From positions 64,544,001-64,608,000 of the forward strand of contig NC_086097.1 in assembly GCF_963921235.1 (NCBI RefSeq): a stretch of 64,000 bases of DNA, given 5' to 3'. Below, piece by piece: positions 13,220 to 25,012 of this stretch (position 1 is its first letter; every line of letters begins with the position of its first letter). The stretch is from Mobula hypostoma. Its lineage: Eukaryota. The position numbers and the translations under genes were made by a program. The notes below the pieces were generated by a model that did not search any database, was not told where the DNA came from, and saw only the letters and a program-made list of their open reading frames with translations.

Positions 13220-13460
13220 GTGTTGGTTCCAACCTCTGTGCCCCTGGTTGGAAAGCATATTGGACGTAGGGAGGACCATCCTGCTGAGAGGAATCATGAA
13301 AGTGATGAAAGCAGTGGTCCTATTATGACAGTTTTTGTAGGCAACATACCTAAGAAAGCTTCTGAGGTGTTCATCAGGCAGTTACTTGTGAAATGTGGTT
13401 TGGTTTTAAGCTGGGAGAGAGTTCAAGAAGTTTTCTGAAAAATTGAAATCATTCACCTTT
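13220..13460 (+). pseudogene. RBM25: Fragmentary retrocopy of RNA-binding protein 25 (Pro-rich linker to RRM N-terminal half)
   Basis: The translation VLVPTSVPLVGKHIGRREDHPAERNHESDESSGPIMTVFVGNIPKKASEVFIRQLLVKCGLVLSWERVQ, then +1 frameshift SEKLKSFTF, matches the RBM25 sequence as recalled (VLVPTVSMVGKHLGARKDHP...GPTTTVFVGNISEKASDMLIRQLLAKCGLVLSWKRVQGASGKLQAFGF). Confidence 0.9.
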
Positions 13461-14073
13461 GGCATTCATCTTGAGAGGACTAGACTATAAAAACAAGGAT
13501 CTAATTCTGAGGCTTTATTAGATGCAGGTCAGATCACATTGAGGTATTGAGAGTGCTTTTGGGCCCATACCTAAAGAAGGATGTGCTGGAATTGGAGTGG
13601 ATCCATAATAGGTTTACAAGAATGACTCTGTGGATGAAAGGATTAATGGTTGACGAGTGTTTGCTGGCTCTAAGCCCATTCTCACTGGAATTTAGAAGGA
13701 TAAGGGGGAAATCTCATTGAGACGACTGAATATTTAAAGCTCTGGATGGAGGGGATGTTTCCAGTACCGTGAGAATCCAGGACCAGAGGGGACCACCTCA
13801 GAGTAAAAGGACATGCCTTCAGAAGAGAAATGAGGAGGGATTTCTTTAGTCAGTATGTGATAAATCTGTGAAATTTGTTGCTTCAGATGGCTGTGGAAGC
13901 CAAAATATTGGGTATATTTAAAGTAGAGGTTGATGAGTTCTTGATTACTAAGGGTATCAAGGCTTACAGGGAGAAGGCAGGAGAATGGGATGGAGAGGGA
14001 AAAATTCATCAGCAAAGGCAGAGCAGACTCAATGGGCTGATTGGCCTGATTCTGCTCCTAGTTCTATGTCTTA
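13459..14073 (+). mobile_element. 5'-truncated CR1 LINE 3' end
   Basis: TTGGCATTCATCTTGAGAGGACTAGACTATAAAAACAAGGAT... ORF 13875-14141 (AVEAKILGIFKVEVDEFLITKGIKAYREKAGEW). Tail TTCTATGTCTTA. Confidence 0.9.
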
Positions 14074-14884
14074 CAAACTACTGCCAATTGAACCATGCAT
14101 CCTTTTGTTGGTGCAGACAAAGCAACGGTTTAGCATCTTAAAGGAGGGTACCTCAGACAGCCCAGAGGAGGGAGAAGTGGACACTGGAAATTTCAAGCGT
14201 CTACACTGTGGCTGTACAAACAGGTATCTGAGCTCAAAATTCTGAAGTGATTCTAAATTTGGCTGAAGGACACAAAAAGATTAACTGGATATTAATAGAC
14301 ATAATTAAGATAGTGTCTCCTTGAAGAGATGCAGCGAAGCTGGGCTCTGTCAACATTTCCTTTCACTCCTTGTTTCAGAGGAATATGTATAGGATTCCTA
14401 TGATTTAGAATATTGGGGTAGGAATCCGATGATCACAAATTTAACAGTGAGTTATCTCATTCCTAACTCAGTTGTTCTCCAGACAATTTCAAAACTTCTC
14501 AGAGCAATTTTTGGACATGTTTACTACCTCACATGATTCCAAGTAAGTCCATGGTATTCCTGCAATTCTAACATGAGGGTCCAAGATCAGTCCATGATAA
14601 CCCCCTGGCCCCTTGGTTTGAGCGTCTTACTTCCATCTGTCATGTCATCTGTTATGTGCCCTGAAAGTAGTTATAATGAATGTTCACGTAATAATGAGCT
14701 GACAGAATATAATACAGTGGATTCTGGTTAGTTGGTCATCGATTCATTAGGGCAGCTGCTTATTTGGGACAACTCTTAAAGAACAAAAACTAGTTGAGAA
14801 AATAGCTGGGATTCCCTTCATTTATTTAGGATACTATGCCATTTAATTGAGACAGGAGACTGTTGCTGAACAGATTCTAACTAG

Positions 14885-15194
14885 CACAAGAAAATCTGCA
14901 GATGCTGGAAATCCAAAGCAACGCACACAAAATGCTGGTGGAACTCAGCAGACCAGGCAGCATCTATGGAAAAGAGTAAACAGTCAACATTTTGGGCTGA
15001 GATCCTTCATCAGGGGTGGAAGGGAAGGGAAGAAGTCAGAGTAAGAAAGTGGGGGGGAGTGGTGGAGGAAGTATAATGTGTCAAGTGATGGGTGAAACCA
15101 GGGGAGGGGGAGGGGGTGAAGTAAAGAGCTGAGAAGTTGACTGGTGAAAGAGGTAAAAGGCTGGAAGAGGGGGAACCTGATAGGAGAGGGTAGA
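14885..15194 (-). mobile_element. Penelope-like 3' terminus with a decayed hammerhead motif
   Basis: 8-bp TSD CTAACTAG (14877-14884 and 15195-15202). The minus strand reads CCTGATGAAGGATCTCAGCCCAAAATGTTGACTG. Confidence 0.85.
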
Positions 15195-15587
15195 CTAACT
15201 AGTGTCAGTCTCAAGAATTTGCGTGGCTGTTAGACACAACATTGTGCTTCGAGTGAACAGTTTTTAAATAGCATCAGTTGCACATCTTTGTGTTCAAAAA
15301 GCAGAGATTTTTGTGACCAAGAGTTGACAAGAAATAAACAGTTAGACAATTTAGAAGTGTTCAGGCTTGGAGATGGTAGAAACGGCCCAGAGTGAACATG
15401 AAACAATTTCACTACTTCAACAAGTTAAGAATTTGAAGATATCGATAATCACCTTATATGTTACAATGAAAATTAAAATTTGGAGGATGCAATAATCGAT
15501 TACACTGTTTCGAAGGCAGTCCATTATATGTGTAAAGTGTCTGCACTAATTTTGTTCATTTACAGTCAATCAAAAGAACACGGCAGC

Positions 15588-16061
15588 ACATTGGCTGTCT
15601 GTCGTATCCGGCAAAGACAGTGAAACCTGTGTGGGAGAGTTTTTAAAGTAGAAAAGCCTTTGCACCGGAACGGTTCCACTCTCTCGACCTTGGAAGTCCA
15701 GGTCCAGTGGTATGAGTGGTTGTCACAAACTGAGGTCTTCCTTGATTGCAGTGGATGACCATGACTTCTGTCATGCCCTCTGGTCGACACAAAGATTTGC
15801 AAAACCGCCTCCTTGGCCATTGGATCTCCCTTCACACATAGCAGGACAGGCATGTCCCTATTTTAGCGGGGATGAAGCCTGCTGGTATAGCCCACTTGTC
15901 AAAGCAGTGTATTGGGGTGTGGCTGCTGTCACACGCAAACAGCAATTTGGAGCCAAAGGTGAGAGCTAGTGTCCGGTGGAGATCAAAGGTGAGTAAGCTG
16001 CCCCAGAATGGACACAATTGGCCCCCTCACCAGAGGAGCTACCCCTCCCTGGACACCCCAT
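15588..16061 (-). mobile_element. Diverged copy of the HDV-ribozyme-headed non-coding retroelement
   Basis: The minus strand ATGGGGTGTCCAGGGAGGGGTAGCTCCTCT...GCTCTCACCTTTGGCTCC...GCTGTTTGCGTGTGACAGCAGCCACACCCC aligns with 59886-60033. Degenerate TSD ACACGGCAGC / ACATGACAGT. Confidence 0.8.
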
Positions 16062-16824
16062 ACATGACAGTGGATGCCGGATAAATGCCTCTGTTGATAA
16101 CTATGAGGAACTAATACACAGTTTAGTAGAACTGTGTTAGTGATCTAACTGATCAGTATTTCGTTTAACTACATAATTTGTTACACAGATAAATGATAAT
16201 TTGTCTTTTTTTTTATACCTTTTTAACTATTTCCATGAAGCTTAGGCTAGTTGGGACAGCTGCTTAATTGGACCAAAATGTATTGATTCTGATGTGTACC
16301 AATTAACCAGAATCTGCTGCACTTCAAAATATAAAGGCTCGTTCTGCAAGTCCTCTTTACCAGTGGGTGGGGTGCATGTGGAAATTTTATCCAAGTAAAC
16401 AATATCTGTAAATGAAAAATTAAAGGCAGCACCTTACTGTCGTACACAGGACCACCTTACAATGGGCACAATAATGGAATTTGAATTTTGGTATTATGTC
16501 CATCAAAATCATGTGGAATAATAACAATAAAGGAACATGAAATGTTTAAATAATTTAATTTAAATAAGGTTCTTGCCAATTAACTGTAAGGTCAGAAGAT
16601 CAGGTGTAACGATGAAAGTCCTTCAGTGATTTTGGTTTATTCTTACAGGTAGCAAGGGTTAATATGAAAATAAATTAATCCTCTGCTGAACTTAATCAAT
16701 TCTCTACATCTAATCTTCTGTTGAAAGATTATGCTTTTATGCAAACAATGCTTTTTAGCATCAATGGATCTCTGAAGGTCTTTCAGATGCTGAGAAATGG
16801 CACTAGTGAAACCAAGGTGCAGTT

Positions 16825-17107
16825 TTATTTATTTATTTATTGACATACAGCACTGAATAGGTTCTTCTGGCCTTTCAATTATACATCCCAGCAATTCCGC
16901 CCCCCCTCCCCCCGATTTAATCCTAGCCTAATCATGGAGTAATATACAATGACCAATTAACCTACTAGCCGGAATGTCTTTAAACTGTAGGAGGATACCA
17001 GAGCACCCACAGGAAACCCACATAGTAAACAAGAGAATGTACAGACTTCTTACAGACCCCCCTGCCCCATAAAGTGTTGTGCTAGCCACAGCACTACTGT
17101 AACACCC
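16825..17107 (-). mobile_element. tRNA-derived V-domain SINE with a (TAAA)n tail
   Basis: Antisense V domain GGATACCAGAGCACCCACAGGAAACCCAC. Same family as 25271-25552. Confidence 0.8.
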
Positions 17108-17322
17108 TCACTATTCTTCTGTACCTCCCATTTTAGAGTTGCCCTTCATTCTGAAGCACAGTGCAGACCACTTGACACATGGTCTAGTACCACCCCTTTA
17201 ACACACTCCAAGATCAATCTAACCTTTCTCTCCCACATTTCCTCCAATTTTTCTTCATCTCTATGCGTATCTAAGAGTCACTTAAATTTCCCTGCTGTTC
17301 CTGCCTCTACCACCACCCCTGG

Positions 17323-18425
17323 TGTGATGGATATTCAGTGTCCATGGCCCAGGGGGTCTTTTTGCCAAGCTCAGCTTTCTAACTCTGCAGCTGACTCTTC
17401 CACAGTTCAAAGGGTTCTTTTTGAGCAAGTTACACTCCCAACCAATATTTATTGTTCAGCTCCTTGTTGTAAACAGGAACCAGTCTTCAGTTCTTGATGT
17501 AAATTGCAAGCAATAATCAATTTGAAGTTAAAAGGATGGCTTTTCAAATAAACAACGTTGTCCATAGAGCACAGAGCTGATTGTTCATGCATGCAGTGTA
17601 AAACAATTGGGTTATGTTCATTGGGCCTGCATCAGACCAAACAACACTGGCTAAGTTGTAGTTCAATGAAGCTTGCAGGCTAGACTGATACTATCAATTA
17701 GCTAATTTATCAATAGTTGGGTGATTTGGGTACTCAGAGAGTCAGCCCTCATGGCATTAATTTTGGGTGTCTGGGATCTCTGATGTAGACCATCTGTGTG
17801 AATTTCCCAGCAAAGGTATCTCAAAAAATATTACGTGTGTGAAGTCACCAAGTAGCAAAAAGCAGTGTAAGTGTAAGAGAGCAGTCAAGATTATTAGAGA
17901 TGGTCAAGGAATGACAATAAGAATGATAGCAAGACGGGGGATTAGAATCCGTTCCTCCACCTTTGATTTCTATGATGGATGACTCATTCATTTGCAACTC
18001 ATTGGTATGTCTTTTTAGCTCATAGGAACTGTACCTGTACTTTGGAAACCCTTTCTGTTTTAGAAATCATTTGTAATTTGGAAACCTTTTATAAGATAGA
18101 AATTTTCCATGAGTTTTAAGTGTTTTTTAAGAATTTTATTTCAATGTAAACATGTATCACTAAAATTAATGGTGTTTAAACTACTTTGTTAACTGGAAGT
18201 GTCTCCTCCTTGGTAGGAGGGGAGAACCCACCACTCAAACAGTGGGTATCGGCAGCTAAACTCACTGTGAACGATAAACAGGAAAGTGATTGAGCCTTTG
18301 AAGAACAGGTGAATACAGTATAACCACCCTTTATTGAGGGTACACATAGCTATCTATACCAGATAGGGTTTAAGATTATCATTTAAATTCAGAACTTTGT
18401 GGACAGCAAATCCAATACCATCACA
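17323..18425 (+). mobile_element. Solo LTR, about 1.1 kb
   Basis: Inverted ends TGTGATGG...CCATCACA. Near-TSD CTGG/CTTG inside the CR1. Homologous to 41211-42296. Confidence 0.8.
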
Positions 18426-18512
18426 CTTGCAGCAGTTTCCAGGTGTCCACTACTCTCTGTGTAAAAAAAACAAACTACCTCTGATATCTTCCCTCTAAAC
18501 ACCTTGAAGTTA

Positions 18513-18667
18513 TTAGATTAGATTATGAGGACACACAGTCCTCTTTTATTGTCATTTAGTAATGCATGAATTAAGAAATGATACAATATTCCTCTGGTGT
18601 GATATCACAGAAACACAGGACAGACCAAGACTGAAAAACTAACAAAAACCACATAATTATAACATAT
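18513..18667 (-). mobile_element. 3' tail copy of the (TAATC)n-tailed non-autonomous element
   Basis: The reverse complement matches 22792-22916, including the GAGGAC...GTCCTC hairpin. Confidence 0.85.
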
Positions 18668-20839
18668 GCCCCCTTGTTATAGTCATTTCCACCCTGGGCA
18701 AAAGTCTGTGGATATCCACTTGATCTATCTCACTTATCATTTTGTACATCTCTGTCATGTCACCCATCATCCTTCTTCTCTGCAAAGAGAAAAGCCCTAG
18801 CTTGCTCAACCTGTCTTCATAAGACCTGCTCGCTCAGCCATCCCTCATGACAGGCTCTCTAAGCCAGGTAGCATCCTGGTAAATTTTCTCTGCACCCTCT
18901 CTAAGCTTCCACATCTTTCCTATAATTAGGTGAACACAATACTCCAAGTGTGGTCTAGCCAGAGCTTTATAGAGTGCAATATTGCCTCACGGCTCTTGAA
19001 CTTCATTCCTTAGTAATGAAGGCCAACACACAAAGACATCCTTAACCGCCCTTTCAACTAGCACTGTAACTTTGAGGTATCTATGGGCATACATCCCAAG
19101 ATCCCTCTCTTCCTCCTAATTGTTAAGAATCCCGTGATTAACCCTGCATTCTGCCCTCAAGGTCATCTTCCCAAAATGAATCACTTCTCACTTTTTTGGG
19201 TTGAATTCCATTGGCAACTTCTCCGCCCGGCTCTGCATCTTATCAATGTCCCATTGTAACCTATGGCAACTTTCTATATTATTCACAAACCTCTAACCAT
19301 TGTGTCATCTGCAAGTTTACTAACCCTTCCTTCTACTTCCTCATCCAAGTCATTTATAAACATCACAAAGAACAGGGGTCCCAGAACAGATCCCTGAGGC
19401 ACACCAGTGGTCACCAACATCCAGGTTGAATACGTTCCAACTACGACCAACTATTGCCGTCTGTGAGCAAGCCAGTTCTGAATCCACGCCAAGTTTCCCT
19501 GGATCCCAGGCCCCCTGACTTCCTGAATGAGCCTACCATATGGAAACTTGACTAAAATGCATACTGTATGTACCATATCCACTGCTTTGCCTTCATTGAT
19601 GTGTTTTGTCAATTCCTCAAAGAATTCAGTCAGGCTTGTGAGCCTTAATCCGCCCCTCACAAAGCCATGATGACTATCCCTATTCAGCCAATGCTTCTCC
19701 AAATGCCAGTAAATCCTGTCTCTTAAGGATCCTCTTCAATAGTTAGCCCATCACTGACATAACACTCACTGGTCTACAACTCCCAGGGTATTCCCTATTA
19801 CCTTTCTTGAACTAAGGAATAACATTTGCCACTCTCCAATCCTTTGTCACAACTCCTGTGTCCAGTGAGGAAGCAAAGGTCATCAGCAAAGGTGCAGCAA
19901 TCTCTTCCCTCACTTCTCATAGTAATCTGGAGCATATCCCATCCAGCCCTGGGGACATTGATCAAAAGGAGACCCAGACATACTCTGCCCCTTCATCTCT
20001 GGATTGAAAAATACAAAATAAGAATTGAAATATGGTATTTGCCCTTCACATCTGCTCCATCATCTTTAAGAATTTAGAACTAATCTAATCAAATAATTCC
20101 TCTTGACCACTTCCTCTAAGGCTATTGATTCTTGATGGGGAAAGAACAGGAGGAGACTTAAGGAAAGCAATATGCAGTGAGTGTTAATGCAAAGTGTCAG
20201 TGGTTTTCAACAGTGCACAGAAACTGGAATTTGGTGATTTGTAAGGATTACCTGAAAACAAGAGGCAAAAAAAAAAATCCAAGATTAATTGTACAAGAAA
20301 CACCACTAATGGCAACCCAAGTCAAAAGTATGGGAAACAAGCAGTAAAACAACAGAAGACCAGAGTATAACATCATAAGAAGATAACTGCCTGATAGTTA
20401 TTGTAGATACTTTATTGTCCTTTGTCTTGAAGGATTTCGGTGTAAATGATAATCCACAACAAAGCTGTTAACTTTCAACCAAATTATTAACTAAATAACT
20501 ATTAAAAATAAATAACCAGCTGAAATAATTGCTTATTAAAATAAAGTGTAACGGCCAATGATGTGGCATGAATGTAGTGCATGGGAACTGTTAGAAACCA
20601 TTCTGATCCACAGTAGCCTATAGATTTTTGTTTTTGCTATTTAATCAACCGGAGTTTTCTTCATACATCTGTTTTTCTCTTCAACTGCCTATAGCATATT
20701 GTTGGATTTCCTTTTATGCTCATTTCTATTTCCCCCATTTTCATCCTCCCCCTGAATGTTCTGTAAATTGCCCAATTCTCTGTTTCACAATCTGGTATCT
20801 ATCATATGGCTTTTTCTTCTTGTCAGCTTAATTCTGTGT

Positions 20840-21800
20840 CTCATCAGTCAAAAATGGAGATCTCACCTTAATTTCCCTACCCTCTCTTTCAAGAGAGTGT
20901 ACCAAGACTGCAACCCCACTTTAAGGAACTCCTATTTTTCAATTGTAAGCTTATTCCTGTTTATGTTAGTCATATCTGTTCTCATTCCATTTGAAATGAC
21001 CTTTTCCAATTGATTATTTTTACATTGGAATGGTCTATAACAGTTAATCTAAATCTTGCAATATTAAAATTGCTCTTTCCCCATTGATATTAGTTCCATT
21101 TGTCCTGGCTTATTTCCCAGAACCAAACCTGTCAAATATGTCCTCCTCACTGGAAAACATGCTGAACAAGAAAGTTCTGAATACACTTCAGGAAGAGATC
21201 CCCTCTTTATTCCTCAGGTTGTTTTGAATCTTAGTTTGGATAGCTAGTCATGATTTCTGTTAATTCCCGTAATTATCCTGCAAATTTTATTTCTGAATAT
21301 CCTTCCCATAGACCTTATGGTGCAATCACACTGCTATTTGTAGCTTAAGCCTACACAGATAGATTCTGTCCTTGAATTATCCAGGATAACATCTCCTTTC
21401 ACACAGCAAATTTCTCTTTAATCAATAAAAACTCCTTTCTAGCCTTCCCTATGTTTTACTGAATACTTTATATCCAGTACTATCTGGAAGACATCCCTGC
21501 CCTTTCCTTTGCCATATCCATGTTATTTCCAAAACACTGGATTCAAATCCTTAATTGTACTGAAGTTCTCCAACCTCATTTAGTACACTCGTTGAGCTTG
21601 CATATACGGCATAAATTACTTTAGACCTTCTCGTACTCTCTATTGGTATGTTACTGAACTAAAACAATTGATTTGTTGTTCTGATGCTACTTACGTCTTC
21701 AGTCCATTTTTGCCTATTTCTCAATGTCACCTTCCGATGCCCAACTCTTTCCAAATTAATTTAAATCTCCCCTCGGCACTCAAGAAACTTCTCTGAACGA
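20840..21800 (-). mobile_element. Old CR1 5' region (APE endonuclease/ORF1 remnants)
   Basis: Degenerate antisense motifs such as CCTGGCTTATTTCCCAGAACCAAACC and AAGTTCTGAATACACTTCAGG. Confidence 0.55.
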
Positions 21801-21820
21801 TGCTGCTCCATGCTGTACTG

Positions 21821-24250
21821 TTTTTTTCAGATATATAAAGAGTAAAGGAGAGGTGAGAGTAGCTATTAGACCACTGGAAAATGATTCTGGAGAGGTAGTA
21901 ATGTGGGACAAGGAAATGGTGAATGAACTAAATTAGTATTTTGTATCCATCTTCACTGTGGAAGACACTAGCAGTATGCTAGAAGTTTGAGAGTGTCAGG
22001 GAGCAGAAGTGAGTGTAATTACTATTAACAGGGAGAAGGTGCTTTGAAAGCTTAGAACTCTGAAGGTGGATAGTCACCTGGACCAGATGGACTACACCCC
22101 AGGGGTCTGAAAGAGATAGCTGGCAAGATTGTGGAAGCTTTGGTAATGATCTTTCAAGCATCACTAGATTCTGCCATTGTTATGGAAGACTGGACAATTG
22201 CAAATGTCACTCCACTCTTCAAGAACGGAGGGAGGTAGAAGGAAGGAAATTATAGGCCAATTTTATAGGCAAATCCAGGAGGAGGAGAAGATGGCGGTGT
22301 GACGCAGCGCACACGGCCACTCCGAAATGATATCTGTATTTGTTAAGTAGGGGCCGTGCACAATTCTGATTTGATGGAGACAGACGTGAGAAGCACAGAG
22401 GAACATCTGGAGAAACTTCTGAAATGCCCGCTTCGCTGCCGCTGCTACTGTGCGATCGAGAATCTCCAGAGGGGAAAGCCTCAAATCCTCGGCTTTGCCT
22501 GTTGCCAGGGCCGTGGTCGAAGCGCTCGGCAGAGATGGTGCTGGGTGCTCGGTGTTGGAGGGCTGGTTGGAGCCTCGAAGTTTTCGGACGGACTCAAGAG
22601 TCAACTGTGGTCGGGTGCTTCCAGGGTGCTGCATCCGCAAGTTTGCGGCGCTGGAGGTTCATGGCAGGCAGAGTTTTATTCCTTCTACCGTCTGTGTGAG
22701 ATGATGGGACTTTCGAGAGACTTTGAGACTTTCTTTTTACTGTGCCTATAGTTTGTTCTCTATCAAATTACGGTATTGCTTTGCACTGTTGCTTGGTCTG
22801 TCTTGTGTTTCTGTGATATCATACTGGAGGAACATTGTATCATTTCTTAATGCATGCATTACTAAATGACAATAAAAGAGGACTGCTTGTCCTCATAATC
22901 TAATCTAATCTAATCTAATTAGCCTGACTTTAGTAGCTCAGAAGATGTTGGCATGATTGTTAAGGATGGTGTCTCAGGGTATTTGGAGGAACATGATAAA
23001 ATAGGCCGAAACCAACATGGTTTTCTTAGGGAAAATGTTGCCTGACAAATCTGTTGGATTTCTTTGAGGACATTATAAGCAGGATAGACAAAGGAGAATC
23101 AGTGAAAGTTGTGTACTTGGAGTTTCAGAAGGCCATTGGCAAGGTGCCACATATGAGGCTTCTTAACGAGATAAGAACTGGTGGCATTACAGGAAAGATA
23201 CTAGCATGGATAGAAGATTGGCTGATTGGCAGGAGGCAAAGAGCAGGAATAAAGGGAGTCTTTTCTGGTTGGCTGCTGGTGACTGGTGGTGTTCCACATG
23301 GGTCGGTGTTGGGACTGCTTCTTTTCACGTTAGTCAGTGATGGATGATTGAATTAATGGCTTTGTGGCCAAGTTTGCAGATAAAACAAAGACAGGTGGAG
23401 GGGCAGGTAGTGTTGAGAAAGCAGAGAGGCTGCAGGAAGACAAGCAGATTAGGAGAATGGGCAAAGAAGTGGCAGATGGAATACAGTGTCAGAAAGTGTA
23501 TGGTCATGCATTTTGGTAGAAAGAACAGAAATGGATTTTAAAAATTCAGAGATCTGAGATGCAAGGGGATATAGGAGTCCTTGTGCATGACTCCCTAAAG
23601 ATTAACTTGCAGATTGAGTCAGTGGTGAGGAAGACATATGCAATGTTATCATTTGTCTTGAGAGGACTAGAATATATTAGCAAGGATGTAATGCTGAGGC
23701 TTTATAAGGCATTTGTGAGGCCTTACTTTGAGAATTGTGAGCAATTTTGGGGCTCTTATCTAAGAAAGGATTGTAGAGGGTTCTGAGGAGGTTCAAGAGA
23801 AGGATTCCAGGAATGAAAGGGTTGCTGTATGAGGAGCATTTGATGCTCTGACCTGTACTCAGCGGAATTTAGAACAATGAAGGGGGATCTCATTGATACC
23901 TATTGAATGTTGAAAGGTCTCAACAGAGTGTATGTGGAGAGGATATTTCCCGTAGTGCGGAGTCTAGAAACAAGGACGCAGCCTCAGAATAGAGGGACGC
24001 CCATTTAGAATGGAGATGAGGAGGTTGGTGAATCTGTGGAATTCATTGCCACAGGCAGCTGTGGAGGCCATGTCATTGGGGGTATTTAAGGTGGAGGTTG
24101 ATAAGTTCTTGATTAGTCAGGGTGTGAAAGGCTACAGAGAGAAGGCAAGGGAATGAGCTTGAGAGGGAAAATGGATCAGCCATGATGAAATGGCAAAGCA
24201 GGCTCGATGGGGCAAATGGCCTAATTCTGCTCTTAATTCTTATGGTGTTA
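21821..24250 (+). mobile_element. CR1 LINE ORF2 (RT) fragment with a nested insertion
   Basis: ORFs 23054-23347 (VYLEFQKAIGKVPH, GVPHGSVLG) and 23559-23786. Tail TTCTTATGGT. Confidence 0.92.
22263..22916 (+). mobile_element. CpG-rich non-autonomous retroelement with an AAGATGGCGG head and (TAATC)n tail
   Basis: It interrupts the CR1 motif TATAGGCCAATT|AGCCTGAC. It ends with AATAAA, the hairpin GAGGAC/GTCCTC and (TAATC)4. Confidence 0.8.
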
Positions 24251-24264
24251 ACACTATTGTTATA

Positions 24265-24600
24265 AAGCAACAAACAATCTGCCAGCGGAACTCAGCAGGT
24301 TGAGTAGGTTCTGTGCGAGGAAAGAAATTGTCAACATTTGAGGTGGAAGCCCTGCATCAGGACTGAAAGTGGAGAAGGGAGATGGCCAGTATAAAGAACA
24401 GGAAGGGACTGGTGAGATTGGAGTCTGAGGTGATTGGTGGTCTGAGGAGAAGTGTTAAGATGACTGTAAGTTTGCCCCAGGCAGGGTTGGAGAGTGGCAA
24501 GTAAGTGGTAGATGGAGGCAGACAAAGAGAGAGAGGAAAAATTGTGAGGCAGATGGAGCAAGATCAGAGGAGGAAGTAGAAAATAAGCAAGAACACGCTG
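24265..24600 (-). mobile_element. Penelope-like 3' terminus
   Basis: The minus strand reads CAGTCCTGATGCAGGGCTTCCACCTCAAATGTTGAC...CCTGCTGAGTTCC. Confidence 0.7.
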
Positions 24601-24679
24601 TAGTTATACATTTGCTTTTGTCATTTTTTTTAATATGACAAGTACATTGATCCTGATTTAGTTTGTAATTCCTGAACAG

Positions 24680-25012
24680 GATGGCACAGCAGCACAGGTA
24701 GTAAAGCTCCCACCTTGCAGAGCCACAGACCCAGTTCAATCCCAACCTTGGAATCTACTTGTACAGAGTTGTCACGTTATCCTTGTGACTGTGTATGTTT
24801 TGTCTGGATACTTCAACTTCTTGCTGCATCCCAAAGTCATGCCAGTTGGTAAGTTAATTGTCCATAGTAAAATATTCCTAAGGTTGAATCCGGTGGAAGA
24901 GGAAGAGACTATGAGGAAAATAAAAGTGGAATTAAATGTAGGCTACATTGTAAAAGTGGTGGTTGATAGCAGATGCAGTTAACAGGCAAAATGGCCTGCT
25001 TCCATTGATCTC
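24680..25012 (+). mobile_element. Old tRNA-derived V-SINE with a CR1-like tail (HE1-like)
   Basis: B-box-like GACCCAGTTCAATCCC, a V domain, and a 3' end GGCAAAATGGCCTGCTTCC. Confidence 0.65.

Larger units (their letters stand above)
14715..16319. mobile_element. Non-autonomous TcMar/Tigger-like DNA transposon with two nested insertions
   Basis: TIRs CAGTGGATTCTGGTTA and TAACCAGAATCTGCTG, with TA before the left end. Internal GGGACAGCTGCTTAATTGG-like motifs occur near both ends. Confidence 0.75.
17153..19960 (-). mobile_element. CR1 LINE (RT region), interrupted by a solo LTR and a SINE-like tail
   Basis: ORF 19451-19702 (SHHGFVRG..LTSLTEFFEELTKHINEGKAVD). The sequence is collinear across both insertions. 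Confidence 0.85.

Noticed and set aside
13220..13460. Functional RBM25 exon
   Set aside because: It has a frameshift and stop, substitutions at conserved residues, no donor site, no other RBM25 exons in the window, and TE sequence on both sides.
22263..22751. CpG island or host promoter with overlapping ORFs
   Set aside because: The CpG-rich segment lies wholly within an insertion that splits a CR1 and ends in a retro-tail.
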